Below, piece by piece: positions 36,412-50,714 of a stretch of DNA of 64,000 bases. The stretch's first letter is position 1. Each line of letters starts with the position of its first letter. The translations under genes were made by a program, and so were the position numbers. The notes beneath the pieces are model-generated. The model had not been told where the DNA came from, searched no databases, and worked only from the letters and a program-made list of their open reading frames with translations. Origin of the DNA: Chara braunii (Eukaryota > Plantae > Charophyceae); contig BFEA01000030.1 of the NCBI GenBank assembly GCA_003427395.1, positions 3,892,562-3,956,561 on the forward strand. Reading direction: 5' to 3'.

Positions 36412-37042
36412 GTCTTAACTGTCTTGTGGGTTCCTTTAGCTTGTACGGAACGTTGTGATAAGGCGAAAAGAGGCGGCGACGGGAAGAAGAGAGGTAGCGA
36501 TGGGGGGAGGAAAGGTGTGGATGGAGCGTGGAGGTGGCTAAGGGGAGCAGGCTGCGTCGGAATCGGGGGTAGGGGAGGTCGCAATTAGGGGGAAGGGGCA
36601 ACATCGGCATGGGGGAAAGCGAGGTCGGAGGGGGGNNNNNNNNNNNNNNNNNNNNNNNNNNNNNNNNNNNNNNNNNNNNNNNNNNNNNNNNNNNNNNNNN
36701 NNNNNNNNNNNNNNNNNNNNNNNNNNNNNNNNNNNNNNNNNNNNNNNNNNNNNNNNNNNNNNNNNNNNNNNNNNNNNNNNNNNNNNNNNNNNNNNNNNNN
36801 NNNNNNNNNNNNNNNNNNNNNNNNNNNNNNNNNNNNNNNNNNNNNNNNNNNNNNNNNNNNNNNNNNNNNNNNNNNNNNNNNNNNNNNNNNNNNNNNNNNN
36901 NNNNNNNNNNNNNNNNNNNNNNNNNNNNNNNNNNNNNNNNNNNNNNNNNNNNNNNNNNNNNNNNNNNNNNNNNNNNNNNNNNNNNNNNNNNNNNNNNNNN
37001 NNNNNNNNNNNNNNNNNNNNNNNNNNNNNNNNNNNNNNNNCT

Positions 37043-37074
<32 letters not shown>

Positions 37075-38056
37075 CTGTGTGTGTGTGCTTCTGGCAGCTC
37101 GATCAGAGAAGAAGAAGAGAAGAAGAAAAGAAGAAGAAGAGAAGAAGAAGAGAAGAAGAAGAAGAGAAGGAGAAGACAAGAAGAAGAAGAAGAAGAATAG
37201 TGGAAACAGTGGCCAACTGCCTTACGTACACGCTTCGCATGCTCATCAATACATAGCAGCGCATACTCATCTCAGCTCACGCGCACATTCCCCAAGAAGA
37301 CGAAGAAGAAGAAGAAGAAGGGACAGTGATCGTGATGAAGATGAAGATAAAGATGATGATGCGGGACTGCCCTCTTGTCGCCGGAGTAGAAAAGGTGGGA
37401 ACCAGACAATAATGAGAAAAAGACGAAGAGGAGAAGAAGAGGAGAAGAAGAGGAGAAGAAGAGGAGAAGAGGAGGAGGAGGAGGAGGAGGAGATAATGAT
37501 GGTGACGTTGACGTACTTACCTCGTCGCTGTTCGGCGTGGCAGGCAAGCGGGCGCGCTGCGAGGCGATGGCGGGCGATTGTAGAGGAGACAAGAGGCGAT
37601 GGCGATTGTAGACGACGAGGACGTGGGGCGAACGTGGAACGACGTGGGATATAGACGTGGGAGGACGTGGGGACTACCACACGGTGATGACCACACAGCC
37701 TCCATCAATTCCTCTTTTTCTCTTTTCCTTTCTTTGTTCTTTCCTTCCCTGATCTAATTCCAGGCGAGAGGGGAAGGCCAAACATGAGAAAACAAATCCA
37801 TGCGGGGGGTTCGACACGCATACACAAAAGAATTCGAATTCGAATGTCGAATGGTGTCCACCCGCCCGCCTTCAGCTGTGTGCAATCAATCGTCCATCGT
37901 CCCCAACGTGGGCGGTCGATCTTTTTTCTTTTTTTTTCATCAAAAGGGGCCCTTATAGGGCTCAAAAAGGAAGGAGGCTGGGGACCTCACAATTCAACCC
38001 GGAATATAGGTGTGGGGAATATCTAGGCACAGAAAAGTCCAAATCTAGACCACTGT

Positions 38057-38160
38057 CCGGGGGCAAGTTCCCACTTGCACGGATTACGAGATTCTGACTG
38101 TTGATTTATGCTATCTACGGTCAATATCTCTTAATTCGTGTAAGTGGGACCTAGCCCCGG
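38057..38160. mobile_element. Palindromic MITE (family B-like TIR)
   Basis: CCGGGGGCAAGTTCCCACTTGCACGGATTACGAGAT ... ATCTCTTAATTCGTGTAAGTGGGACCTAGCCCCGG. Confidence 0.65.
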
Positions 38161-39052
38161 AACCCCCATTACTAGCAAACAGCTAGCACAAGCCCTGAAA
38201 GCCAAACAATCCCACAAAGACTAAGCACAAGCTTAGAATCCACCTCTAGAAACTATCCTATCTTCTGAAGTGACAGCAACAGGCCAAAATCCGTGAAAAA
38301 TAACACAGGAGCCCTAGTATTGGCAGCCCACAGGGACGGGGGCACGGATGGGCAGCCCAGATGTCGTTTGTCATGTTCGCAGCCCGTTAGGGTTGCGTTT
38401 TATGCCCCTGAGACATTTTTCGTCGTCGTTCTTTATACCGGTCGTTCATTCGGGCCCATTGGTCGTTGAAAGGCTGGTAAAATGAAAGGCACGGGCATTT
38501 AGGGGGGGGCGGCAGTTCAAGCAAATGCAGGACCGGTATTTGCCTGTNNNNNNNNNNNNNNNNNNNNNNNNNNNNNNNNNNNNNNNNNNNNNNNNNNNNN
38601 NNNNNNNNNNNNNNNNNNNNNNNNNNNNNNNNNNNNNNNNNNNNNNNNNNNNNNNNNNNNNNNNNNNNNNNNNNNNNNNNNNNNNNNNNNNNNNNNNNNN
38701 NNNNNNNNNNNNNNNNNNNNNNNNNNNNNNNNNNNNNNNNNNNNNNNNNNNNNNNNNNNNNNNNNNNNNNNNNNNNNNNNNNNNNNNNNNNNNNNNNNNN
38801 NNNNNNNNNNNNNNNNNNNNNNNNNNNNNNNNNNNNNNNNNNNNNNNNNNNNNNNNNNNNNNNNNNNNNNNNNNNNNNNNNNNNNNNNNNNNNNNNNNNN
38901 NNNNNNNNNNNNNNNNNNNNNNNNNNNNNNNNNNNNNNNNNNNNNNNNNNNNNNNNNNNNNNNNNNNNNNNNNNNNNNNNNNNNNNNNNNNNNNNNNNNN
39001 NNNNNNNNNNNNNNNNNNNNNNNNNNNNNNNNNNNNNNNNNNNNNNNNNNNN

Positions 39053-39115
<63 letters not shown>

Positions 39116-39464
39116 GCCTCGCCACAGCCAAAACGAAACAAACTACGGGTTGCGCACCCGTGCCCTCACGGTAAGTCAATTGTTGTTGTTGTTGTTGTTG
39201 TTGTTGTTTTGGGGGACGGAATGGTTGAGAATTGTTGAAATACTTCTAAAGTTGGGGAATTTCGTCAGCTACCCCTAAAACACAGGGGTATGCCAAAATG
39301 CCCCAAACCTCTGCATCTGGCCCCGTCCCCTCTCATCAGCAACTTTGCCAGAGGCCCGTGCATTTCTTTTTTTTTCTTTTTTAAAGGTTAATTCCTTAAT
39401 CCAAGCCTGTTTTTGCCAACCTTGAATTTCACAGAGCTCCGAGTTGCCAAGCCTGAGTCCCACT

Positions 39465-39466
<2 letters not shown>

Positions 39467-39501
<35 letters not shown>

Positions 39502-42500
39502 AACAACAATCATTTATTTCAATAAGGAACCTGAGGCCGAGGACCTCACAATTAAACCCGGATTTATCCCGGCAGCATCAGCCGGTTTCGCTTACAGCCT
39601 TCTGGCTGAGGAAAAACTTGAAGAACTATAAAACCACAAACAGAAGTCAAGAAAGATCTAGGGACAAAAATGGCCAACTGTCAACCGCTGCCCTGAAATC
39701 CCAACCTTCGGTAACCAAAAAGAATGCCCCAGGCCTATAAAACCGAACAAACCAAGGAAAAAAGGAAACAATCCACCAACAACTACAGCTACAAGCCATA
39801 TGAAAGCCAAACAATACCAAAACAACACTAAGTCCACTAGTCTAATTCCTAAAATATACTGCCTAAAATCGGCAGTCGGGACCTGCCCGGACCGGAGTAA
39901 GTGAGGGCGCGCCTACTTCAGTCCCCAATTCTCCATGCCATCCTCCTGTGGATGATAGAACCGAGTACCCCTGGTTTCTAAAGATATCTACTTTGCCCAG
40001 AACCACTCAGCTAGAACCAACTTTCCTTCCTCCAGCTTTGCTAATTTCCTGTCTAAGCCCCAAGTTGCTCCAAACCATTCACCTAATCTAGTCCTACCCT
40101 TTCTCTTCCAATCCGCTTGTATGATGCGTCGAAGGGAACCTCTGAAAGACTCTCTGATCTCCTTATTGGATATTTCCCTGTCGTCAAATATGCACTTGTT
40201 TCTTCCTTTTCAGATGACATTGCATCCTACTGCACGGGTTGGGCGATGTAGTAGCCTCACCCCTTATTGAGTTCCAAGTTGTTTGGCAGTTCTCCCAAAA
40301 AAACCCAATCCTGATTCCAAGATAATCCGCAGTCTGAGATGCCATCCCAAAAATTTTTCCACCAATTCCAGATTCCGAGGGCAGTTGGGCAGTTATACCA
40401 CAGATGAGTGGTTGACTCAAAAGCCCAGTTGCATCTTTTGCACGTCATACCAATCTTAAGTCCTCGTTGTACCAGGTTGACACCTGACGGAGTAGCCAAC
40501 AGGGAGAGCAACCATAAGTTAACAGCTAGGCACGGGCATGGAGTTAGCGACAGTCGTTGCCAGCAGCGGGACAAGGTTTTTCGATGGATTCGCAGTCCCA
40601 ATCCACCACCTGACTCCACCTTGCTACTGCAACTTTCAGAGGTTTACGTGTCGGTATTTTGGTGGTGTAGCCTAGCTCAGTGGAATACAGATGGAGTGGT
40701 AAGTCTGCTCCGCCTGCTCCTTCACCTTTTCAAACCCGCATCTTGGGGTCGAGCTTCAATTCCTGAATAGTTGTACCCTCTGCGAACACCTGACAGGCCT
40801 AGTTACCTTCTTCATCACAAACTTCCCAGATACTGACCTGGGAGAGGATAGCGTTTAACGGCGGGTGAATCTGTTCACTGATTTGGATCAACCTTTTAGG
40901 TTTGTCTGTCCTAATCCCCTCCCACAATTGAATTTTTTTTTTCCCATTCATTCTTGTCCCTATTAGCTTCCAAAAAGAAGGGGCAGTGTCGATGTTGCGA
41001 GAGATGTATCATGTGTCGGAGGGGTCAATACCCTCATGACTTAAAATATCCTTCCATTGCATAGGAATATCTCAAATTAACTATGTTTTCCTCCACGAAC
41101 CAGACAGGGCTCCGCATGTTCCTCGGTGTTGTGGACGATATCTATTGACCTTCAAGCACATTCCAAATATCGCCAATTCTTAACACCCCTCTTTCTATTC
41201 AGCTCCTCCCAAAGCTACTGCGAGATGAGTCTGCAGAGAACCAGTTACTGTCCAATTTGCGTATCAGTGGATTCTCAAAGAGGGGTTGGAGTAGTACTTC
41301 TGCTTTAGTGGAGGGATTAGTCCATGAATTGGGTTTCAACCTTTTTCAGACCGACATGACAATTTTCAAAAACTCTGAATCAATCATGCGGTTCTGGAAA
41401 GACACCAAGAGGAAGCATGTCCAGACGTCCGCTGGGCGAGATTGATTCCATTCTGTTGCCTGAATGAGTTCTGCTAAGAAAATTCAATGTGATTTTTTGG
41501 GTGAGCATATACCTTTAACTGCCCACCACGCCAACATCGCGATCCCCTTACGTTGTGGGTCGATAAGACCAAGACCTCCTTCCTCCTTGGGATAACACAG
41601 CAAATCTGATGCAACTTTTGACATAAATCCCTCATCATCCGCCACATATAGTTTCCCAATGAACTTTGCAGCCCTACACCGAATCATCCGTCTACTAAGG
41701 GGCCTAACAACTACGAACCAGAGCGGAGAGAAAAGTGCATTGTTTATTACCAACACTCTACCAAAAATGGAGAGGTGAGGAACGCTACCCCATGTTGCAT
41801 CCCTCTGTAGAGAGCGCTGCAGTAGAATTCTCTCCTGATCTACGGTACAAAACAACAGGGAGACTTGAACCCCAAAAAATCTTTTTGATTGATCAGATGC
41901 TATCCGCTTCATTCCCCAGTTCGCGACTGGGGCATAGGCTATAGGGAGGGAAAAAAACTGATTTAGCCCATTTGACTGATTCTTCAGAGAATTCCGAGTA
42001 TTAATCCAGACACTCTTTCAAGGCGTTCATCGAAGTTTATGAGTTCTCAGGTATGGCAAATAGGTCGTCCGCCAAAGCCTTAACCTTGCATTGGGAGGCT
42101 TCCACATTCAGTCCCTTAATGCATGGGTTTGAGCATACATTACACAAAAGATTCTCCTTTTGAATTACAAACAGAAGGGGGGGCAACGGATAGCCTTGGC
42201 GAAGAGAACTAGTCAAAGGGAAGGAGGTAGACACATAGTCATTGACCATGACTGGCGCCGCTGATAGGGAGTACAGGGCAGCAACCCATTTGCATAAGAT
42301 CTCTCCGAAGCCCACATGACGCAGAGTAGTCAAGACACACATCCAATTAACCCGGTCGTATGCCTTTTCCAAGTCTAACATCAGGATTGCGAGATTTGTC
42401 TGTGAACTTTCTACCACTTCGAGAGTCTCAATGACCGTGATTATATTATCGAAAATTGACTGACCTTGGACAAAAGCAGATTGCTCTTCGGCAATCAGAT

Positions 42501-45063
42501 CCGGGAGATATCTACCTGACCGCGTAGCCAAAATTTTGGCTAGCAATTTATAGGAGACATCTCCCCCTTCTTATATAATAAGGAGATGATCTCATTTCTC
42601 ATACCCATATCTACCAGATGATCTTTAATCACATCCCAAATGATTATGTACATCTCAATAGGGAGGCCATCATCTTTCAAGCCTTTGGCTCTTGCCATGA
42701 CATTTACGACTTGTCATGCCTCTTCTGTGGATACTGGGCGATCCATATCCAACTTGCCCTGGGTAGAGAACCTTGTTCCAAACTGATCACAGTGAATCGA
42801 ATCTTCCGACAGGTCGGTGGTAATCTCTTCAGATGGTCTTCTGGAGGTCAGAATATCCTTGTAGTACAATGCAGCATAGGTACAAAGATGAGTTTTTTCC
42901 CAGACGATCGGCATATCGTGATCGAAAGGATGCATGAGTTCCCCCATTGAGTGCATAAGTCTTTTTTGAGTCAATTTCTGGAAGGTTTCGCGTGACATTC
43001 GATCATAGACCACTATCCCTTTGATCTTTAGGCGCTCTGTCCATATATCAAATTCCTCCTGCTGGAGGGTATCCCAATCTGCTAGAATCCTTTCTCTGAC
43101 CGAACTCCATACTAAGTTAAAAATGGGATGGAGATTCATGCGACCTTCTGCGTAATTTTCTGATCAGCTATGCCTCTTTGTTCCTCCTTCCAACTGCCAA
43201 AATACGAGAAAAAATGCTCAAGTGCTTAGAGAAGATGCGGGAGCCTGCATCCCACCATGCCTTTTTTGTGCTAAAGGTATCGGAGTTTGGTTATCATTCC
43301 TCCCAAAATCGTTTCACCCATTACACTACACCCGTGTCCTAAAAAATCTTGGTATTTACTCTAAAATAGTATGGACCTCTTTCCAGTTTGGCACAATTTA
43401 GGACAACAATCACGGGTTTATGGTCCGAAATGGGGTTATCAACCTCCTCTATCATCACAGTAGAGTGTCATGCCGCGACTGAAAATTAAGTCTCCTTCTT
43501 GTAGTTATTTTTCTTTCGCGGATGTTAGAACACCAGGTGTATCGGGGTTACCCGGGTGTAACAATGCATATAGCTCGGTCAGGTTCAAATTTGACATGAG
43601 GTCAGAGAACACTTTTACATCGTGGTTTCCTCGAACTTCCTCTGTATAATCTATAGAGGTATTTCAGTTCCCGGCTACGACCAAATTGTCATAGCGAGGG
43701 ATAAATAATGAAATATCATCGAAAAAATTCCTCGTTCAGAGCGGTCCATTGGAGCATAAACAAATGCAATCACCCATTCCCGGCTATGACCAATTTTAAT
43801 CCACGACCACTTTCCTTATAAATCATCACAAAAGTCAACGATTTATGCGTTTAAATTCCTATAGATTAAAATAGTCACGCCACCTCTTCAAACCTTGGTA
43901 GATGCCCATATTTGCGAACTATCCCACCAAGAGTTCAACTCTAATACCTTAGACCCAGACAGTTTACTCTCCTGCAGGCAAATAATATAGATCTTCTTCT
44001 CATGGAACGAGTTCTTCAATCGCCCTTTCTTATTCATGCCCGCTGAATCTCCCAAACCCCGAACATTCCACATACCGATCCTAAGTCTGCCCATTAAGGG
44101 CCATTTTCCCGATTGTTGGATCTGGGAAGATGCGATCATGGCAAAGGTAGACGCCGACCACGCTTTTGTCAATACTCGTTTCAAGAAAAGGGAGTCGAGT
44201 TTCCTTTCCTTCCCCAACTTAGTATTGAGCTCACAAAGACATTCAGCAGTCACTGATGAGGCGAGTTTGATTCGCCTCAGTTATGGCTTTCGTCCTTGTA
44301 ATAGCCAGGTTTACGGGATCAATCTGAGTCCTTGGCTTTCCAATTGCTCGATTCGGGGCAAAGCGGACATCAATTAGAGGGGAATAGAAATGAGTCTTTT
44401 TCCCCTCTATATGAACAAGAAAGCAGGGCATAGACACTTCGATAAGACGAAAAGTAAGCTTTCCCCGGAAGATCGACTTGGCCAAGGTTTCTGATGCTTG
44501 TGGCATCAAGCACTCTAGACATGAAGCATTGAGAAAAGGGGAAGTCATCAGAACCTAGTCATGCAACTACCCAAAAATAATTCTTAACCGCAGTAAACAT
44601 CAACGGTGAGAACCTAGATTCTATCGCCGATTGTCCGTTAGACAAGGCATCCATTCGGGGACGAGATGATTTCAATTTACTTGTGGCGATGGCCAGAGAA
44701 TGTGAGTCATTAGAACTGTCAGAAGCTTCAGCATGCAACTGTCGATAGTCGCTCGACACTTGAGCTGTATCATCTCGTTCTTCTTGTATCACAGGCTCGA
44801 CTTTCATTTTGGGTTGGCTTCGCCCCAGCCAGTAACTAACGTTTTCCTAACACAACACCTTCTACAATGAAGGAGAATATAAAAACCTCGTCGGATTCTC
44901 TTGAAATTATTGTATGGTCGGGTTGAGGACGGGTCAACTCTAACCGCTAGTAGCATCTACCATGGCGTCCGCCATAGGCCTTCGTCAAGACTAAGGCACG
45001 AAGCTACCACCTGCGCTGACGGTTCCACGTCGGAGCTAGCACGCTAGTCGGAGCGCCTTTTCC
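39467..45063 (-). mobile_element. Old L1/Tx1-type LINE with poly(A) and probable 11-bp TSD
   Basis: APE start MWNVRGLG...CLQESKL at ~44070. RT motifs QSAFVQG, LDLEKAYDRV, LRQGYPL and LADDL (42546-42037), then PKEEGGLG. Poly(T) at 39467-39499. AGTCCCACTCC at 39456-39466 and 45064-45074. Confidence 0.9.
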
Positions 45064-46603
45064 AGTCCCACTCCAGTTCTTTATCGTACATGAATCACAA
45101 GTAAGCAGTTGTGGATACGACGCCCATCTTGCCCATAAACTTTCCTCCTTTTTTCCCTTTGTACTCCTGCATGATGCATCTATGCAAGTCCACCAGAAGG
45201 GTTACTCTAATGTCGCTAACGTTTTCCAAGGCCTTTCCCTAGTACCCCTCTCTTTTATATAGTCCTTGTTTTTTATTTTTATTTTTTTAAATATCTTTTT
45301 TTTTTATCAAGTGAGCTAGGCCGACTTCTATGTTGTTGTTGTTTATTTATTTATTTATTTCATTTTGCGCAATCCAAGGCAGCGCAGGGCAAATAGAGAA
45401 TGGCACCACACAGCCATATGCAGTCACAACGAGCGGCCATCCTGTGGCAACAACCTGAAGCATACCCGCACCTTGCACATGGGGCGCTAATTGAGGGCGG
45501 CAACCGATATGGTCCTTATTTTTCATAATAATATCTTACTTATTCCCCTCCTCCATTTAGGTGTATCTACTACCTGCCTTGTGAAAGTTGTGATCCCTTT
45601 GGTTGTTTTCTCCCCCATACTGCCTCGTGGACAAGTGCAAGCGTGCACTGGCGTGCTGAGCGGTGTCTTCACGAGCCCCCTATGAGTGGTGTCTACAGCC
45701 AATGACGGAAGCGATGCATATTATTCCCCATATGTCACTAATTGTCAGGGCAACGGTAGCTGTTTGCATGGTCCTCCTAAAAGACGGGGCTTGTATCCTT
45801 ATTTGCCAATACCTGAGGCTGAGAGACTATGTTGTCGTTGGTAGGTTGGATTATTTTCGATATACCTTTTTCTTGTTTTTTATGCTAGTAAAGCAGTGCC
45901 ATCGTCCGTGAAGCTGCTGAACATGGTAGCGCTTCCTTTTTCTTTTCTTTTTTTCATAACAACACAACAAGCCCTGATCAGAGTCGTGGTACTGCCACTA
46001 CTTTTGGGTCTACAAGGTACATGACTTATCATATATAACAACAGCAAGCACGCTAGAATAGAGGCTCACATGTCCCAAGACGAAAAACAGAAACTCTTTT
46101 TTCTAGTACATAATTAGTCGAGTACGAGATCCAATGTCTCTTCTTGCGTGGACTCACTAAAGTCAGGCCTTCGGCTTCGCCCACTTCGTGTCCTGAGGTT
46201 GCCTGGAAGTCCACGGGGAAAACTGGTCACTTCATCCAGTGAAACCCCGCCAAATAGGTAAGAGAACTCGAAGCAAGTAGAGTTATTGAGCCGTGTAACG
46301 GGCAACTATTACCTTCGGTAGGCCCGACTTACTGAGGTATCAGCAAGCTTCAAGACTAAAATATTTGGCTAAACAACTTCCAGCCACGACTGGCTTTTTT
46401 TCAAAGGATGACGACCTTGAGATGTCATCATTGAACTGACTGGCCCCAGTCAATTAAAAAAAAATCGACTTTACTCGTCAAGTTTCATCATCTAGATTCA
46501 AACTCGGGTCTTTATTTCAATACTTCAGGGGTGTACCCATTGAGCTCAATGGTTCATCCACAATTGTTGGTTTGAACCACAACCACAGATTCTGACCAAA
46601 CCT

Positions 46604-47062
46604 ATCAAAGTACGAGGACACAACAAAGTACGCTCATGTGGACTGGCTTGGCAGTGGTTTGGCAAACGACTACGAAGTGCCGAAGGAGTATGGAAGGAGA
46701 CAAATGAATGGAGCGTGACAGATACCGAGGCAAGTTTGGGAAGAACGGCAGGGACAGGGACGGATGAAGTTGAATGTCATAAGACTGGGTGTGCATGGCC
46801 ACTGGCCACACTCATGCATAAATTTTCAGCATGACCAGACGTATCAGAGTACGAGGACACAACAAAGTAGGCTCATGTGATTGGCTTGGCAGTGGTTTGG
46901 CAAACGACTACAAAGTACGAAAGGAGTATGGATGGAGACAAATGAATGGAGCGTGACAGAGGCAAGTTTAAGAAGAACGACATGGACTGGGGGGGATGAA
47001 GCTGAATGTCATAGGACCGGGTATGCATAGCCACTCGCCACACTCGTGCATAATTTTTCAGC
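46604..47062. repeat. Tandem duplication (~235-bp unit)
   Basis: ATCA.AGTACGAGGACACAACAAAGTA.GCTCATGTG ... CACTC.TGCATAA.TTTTCAGC occurs twice. Confidence 0.85.
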
Positions 47063-48339
47063 GTACAATGTTTTTAGCAATACCTGCGAGTGATTGCATC
47101 AGAAGTTGGTCTCAGCTTCATTGTGAGCGATTGTATTTGTAACATGTAAAAAAGAGCGGAGTTAATTAACTCATAAGGAGAGAAATGAAAAGACTGCCCG
47201 TCAGGCTGTCCACATTATGCGCAGGTGCATTGCCTTCACCACAAAGAACATGAAAGACTGAGTGTGTGATGAACCACACTACATGCTTTCCAAAAGATAC
47301 TGTGGGATGAGCAACTTTTGTTGTGACAAGCGGCAATACATTATCGCAAACTCCATTGACAGAGTTCTTGGTTTCCAGCTCTAATGATGATGATGATATG
47401 GTTAACTGTCCAGCTGTCTCCTCCCCACTCCTCCATCGCCATTGTCTTCATTCATCTTCGTCAAAGTCGTTTTTTGTTGTGTTCTTCTTCATCTTCGTCA
47501 TCTTCATCATCTTCGTCCTTGTCGCTCTCATCCTTGTTCTCTTTTTTTTTTTCTTTTTCCTCCTCCTCCTCCTCCCTATACTGTCCTTCTCCTCCCCACC
47601 TTCTCCTCCTCCGTTGTCATTGTCTTTGTTCGTCATCATCAAGGTCGTTTTGTTGTCGTGTCCGTCTTCATCTTCGTCATCGTCGTCCTTGTCGGCCTCA
47701 TCCTCGTTGTCTTCTTCTTCCTCCTTTTTTTTTTCCTTTTTTTTTTTTCTGCTTCTTTTTCGCCCTCCTCCTCGATCTTTTTTCTTCATTTGAAGACGTT
47801 GCTCTTAAACAACCGACCTTATGGGTTAGCTCACCCAAAGCACTTATGTCTCCTTCGTCGGATCGAGATATCATTTGTTGCCAGCATATTAGTGCGCATA
47901 TTTCCTTGGCCCTTCTTGCCCCTCAATCATAGTTCTGATCTTTCGGAAAGGGGAATAATGCGTTCCACAGGGTCGAAAGTTACAACGCTTTCACTAACCT
48001 GTGGAGGTGTATGTCAGCCACTGCTCATTCTTCGCCATTTAGGCCTACACGACTTTCCCGTTGTGCTCGTGAACGACAATGCTTCACCTAGCCTGTGATA
48101 AGTTGCTGCAGCGCTTCACCTAGCCTGTGTTAAGTTTCTGCAGCATTTTCACTTCTGAGGTCAGTGTCTCGTCCTTACTCGCGGACCCAAAGAGCCACAC
48201 ACCTAAAATCGCCAGTTGTTTACTGTGCAAGTGCAAAGTTCTACCCTGCAACTCGAATGGTTACTAGATGGGCCCGGTTTTGCTTGGGAGGTTGTAGGCT
48301 CGTAGGTGCGGGGAGGGGCAACAAGAGAAGGCAGATGAA

Positions 48340-50470
48340 GAGGAGATGCATTCGAAGATTCATGGCAGTGTGAATATCACGAAGCAATCAAAACCAGTTC
48401 GTGATTTACCTCAGAATAAGGCGGTGAAGAGTGGGGAGAGTGATGAGGTAGTGAAGTTGAGATTGGAAGTTGAGCGGTTGCAGAAAACGCAGCCTATTGT
48501 GAATGGAGCGTCATGTTCGAACAGTGAATTCGAGTGTTTTCGAAAGGAGCAAGACGAGCATATGTGTTGCTGCAATGAAACACGATACGGTGATTCTGAA
48601 GAGAGCAAGTGAAGACGCTTTGATCACTGCTGAGCAGTGGAACTCCTATGGCTGTGATGGGGAATATGACGCAGCCACGTGTGAGAGTGTTGCGCTCGCC
48701 ATCAGTAGATAATCAGAAGGTCTGGATATGGGAGCTGGTTAGCAACACCGGGACAGGGAGACTGAATTGCTAAAGGAATGGAGATTACGAGAAGTGGAAG
48801 GGCGTCGAGCAGCTGGACTAGAAGTAGAACGACTAAAGGAGAAAATGGCACAATTGGAGATGGAAAAGAGGACACCGCTTGTATCGAACTTGAAAACGAG
48901 GGGGTTGCCGTTGCCACGATTGACAAGGGCAAGTGTCCTATTACAAAAGAGCGAAGGGGAAGGCGGTTGTCAATCGGGATACCTTCGTAGCAGAGCAGCG
49001 AAACTTTTCGAAGCAGATGAAAAATTATGATGTTGTGTTGATCTGCGAGGAAGAAGGGTTGAAGTACGTTAACCTGGAAATAAGTAGGGAAGAGATTGTG
49101 CAGAAACAGGTGGTCGCTGCTTTTAGAAAAGCAGAGGTTCCATCCACGACGTGTCCGAAACGCCGAGCCTGTCAATGATGACAGGACGGAGGACAACACT
49201 GAATCCTCCACTTCGTAGTTTCCTCCCCGAATTTGGCGTCTGCTTGGGAACTTTCAAGGCTTTGTTCTCGGTTCCGTTCAGTATCCACTAACTCTTGCGC
49301 TGAAAGTTGCTGAATCTGTTTGCGAGTTTTATTATTTTACTGATGATAAACTTGGGGAAGATTAAATGGGGCAGTAAAGTTTTACATGGGGCAGTAAAGT
49401 TTTGGAGTACTGTGCGGAGGTGTTGCTGCGAGGCAATGATGTCGACAGTGACAATGTGTTGGTCGTTTGTGTTGTTGTCTCCATGGTGTCAACATGTGTA
49501 TGTGGGGAGTACATCGAGAGATTTGCATACCCGCTGTAGTGAACATGTATACCGTGCATGTAGTGTCGAGTTGGTTGAGAAAGGGAAGAGAAATGAACGG
49601 TTGTATCGGCGGTTACAAAGCACTGCTGTTCATAGTTATTTCCCTATACCTGTACGTGTATGTTATGAAGCGGATGATGAGTTGGGTGAAAAGTTTCTTA
49701 TTCGGCTATTCTCTCCTTTTGTAAATATTACGAATAAGAAACAGCGTACAAGACACCTGCGCCCTGGATTACGAGAAAAGTTGCAAACAGTCAGACGCGA
49801 TGGGCGGGTAGGATCAGTCTGTTTAAATAAGAATAGTTCGCTGCTCATGTTTCCATCTAGTACAGGAATTTCAGTAACAGCTTGTTTTCTATTCTCGAGA
49901 AACGTCCCCCCCCAATCAGGTATCTATCGCTGTGTTGTTGTTTGTCCTGGCGGCTCGGTGTGGATTGACAAGTGCCAGGTGCTGAAGAGAGCGTACAGTG
50001 GATCTGTGGTTTCCTCTCGAGGCTGCGTTAAGAATGAAGTATTGTTGCCTTTTTGAGTCTGTTCTAGCGTTTTTGAGTCGGTCGTTCGCTCTGAAGCCAG
50101 TTTTGAGCGAGCTGTCGAGTCATCCACCTACGCAAGTTCGATTATGTGCGTCCTCTTTCTATTCCTTCGTTTTGGCGTTAACGTCAGCTGGTGCCTTCAG
50201 CAAGAAACGGACAAGGTGTAGGCTAAGGCAAACTCTGTCACGTACCGTGGTTTGCCAATTTCATGGACTGGTGAGAGAGCGACTCGTGGTCGAACTGGTG
50301 TATGATGAGTCTGATAGTAATGTGCGAGTTCGTAGATAATGCGCGCAAGTCGTTTTCCCCTGGAATATTCCTCTAGTTCGGAAAGAGGTTATTGATAAGC
50401 GGACGAGGGTAGTCCGGAGTCGTAACCGGACGATTGGCATGTCTCCTGAGTACCTAAAATGCATTCTTGT
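48340..50470 (+). mobile_element. Decayed GIY-YIG-encoding retroelement remnant (coiled-coil ORF + GIY-YIG endonuclease)
   Basis: ORF 49307-50056 contains YVGST-x4-R-xx-EH ... EKFLI...P-xx-N, the GIY-YIG signature order. It is preceded by frameshifted coiled-coil ORFs at 48346-49178. No RT is visible in the window, and the boundaries are approximate. Confidence 0.6.
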
Positions 50471-50714
50471 TTTTGTCCTCCCTTCGCACTGATCGACCGT
50501 CGGTGAATGGGTTTCAACTCGTGGACGATATAACCACTTTTGTTGTACGGAAGAGACGGCACTCGCCTGGCAAGAGGAATGGTATTATGTGTTCATTTGG
50601 AAACTGCTACGACGAGAATCTGAAGTTAGAAAAAAAGAAACAGCAAAGCCAGCTGTGTGACTATTGGTTTTTTGTTTTTCGACTGCAGAAGCAGATAAGA
50701 ATAGAAGATTCGTT

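Noticed and set aside
36334-36610. ORFs containing VSYTHLDVYKRQ
   Set aside because: They are translations of the Nextera adapter.
46535-46600. Weak tRNA A/B-box-like motifs
   Set aside because: No cloverleaf can be formed.
47323-48098. Hydrophobic or acidic ORFs
   Set aside because: They arise from TCT/TCA/TCG trinucleotide low complexity and are open in several frames at once.
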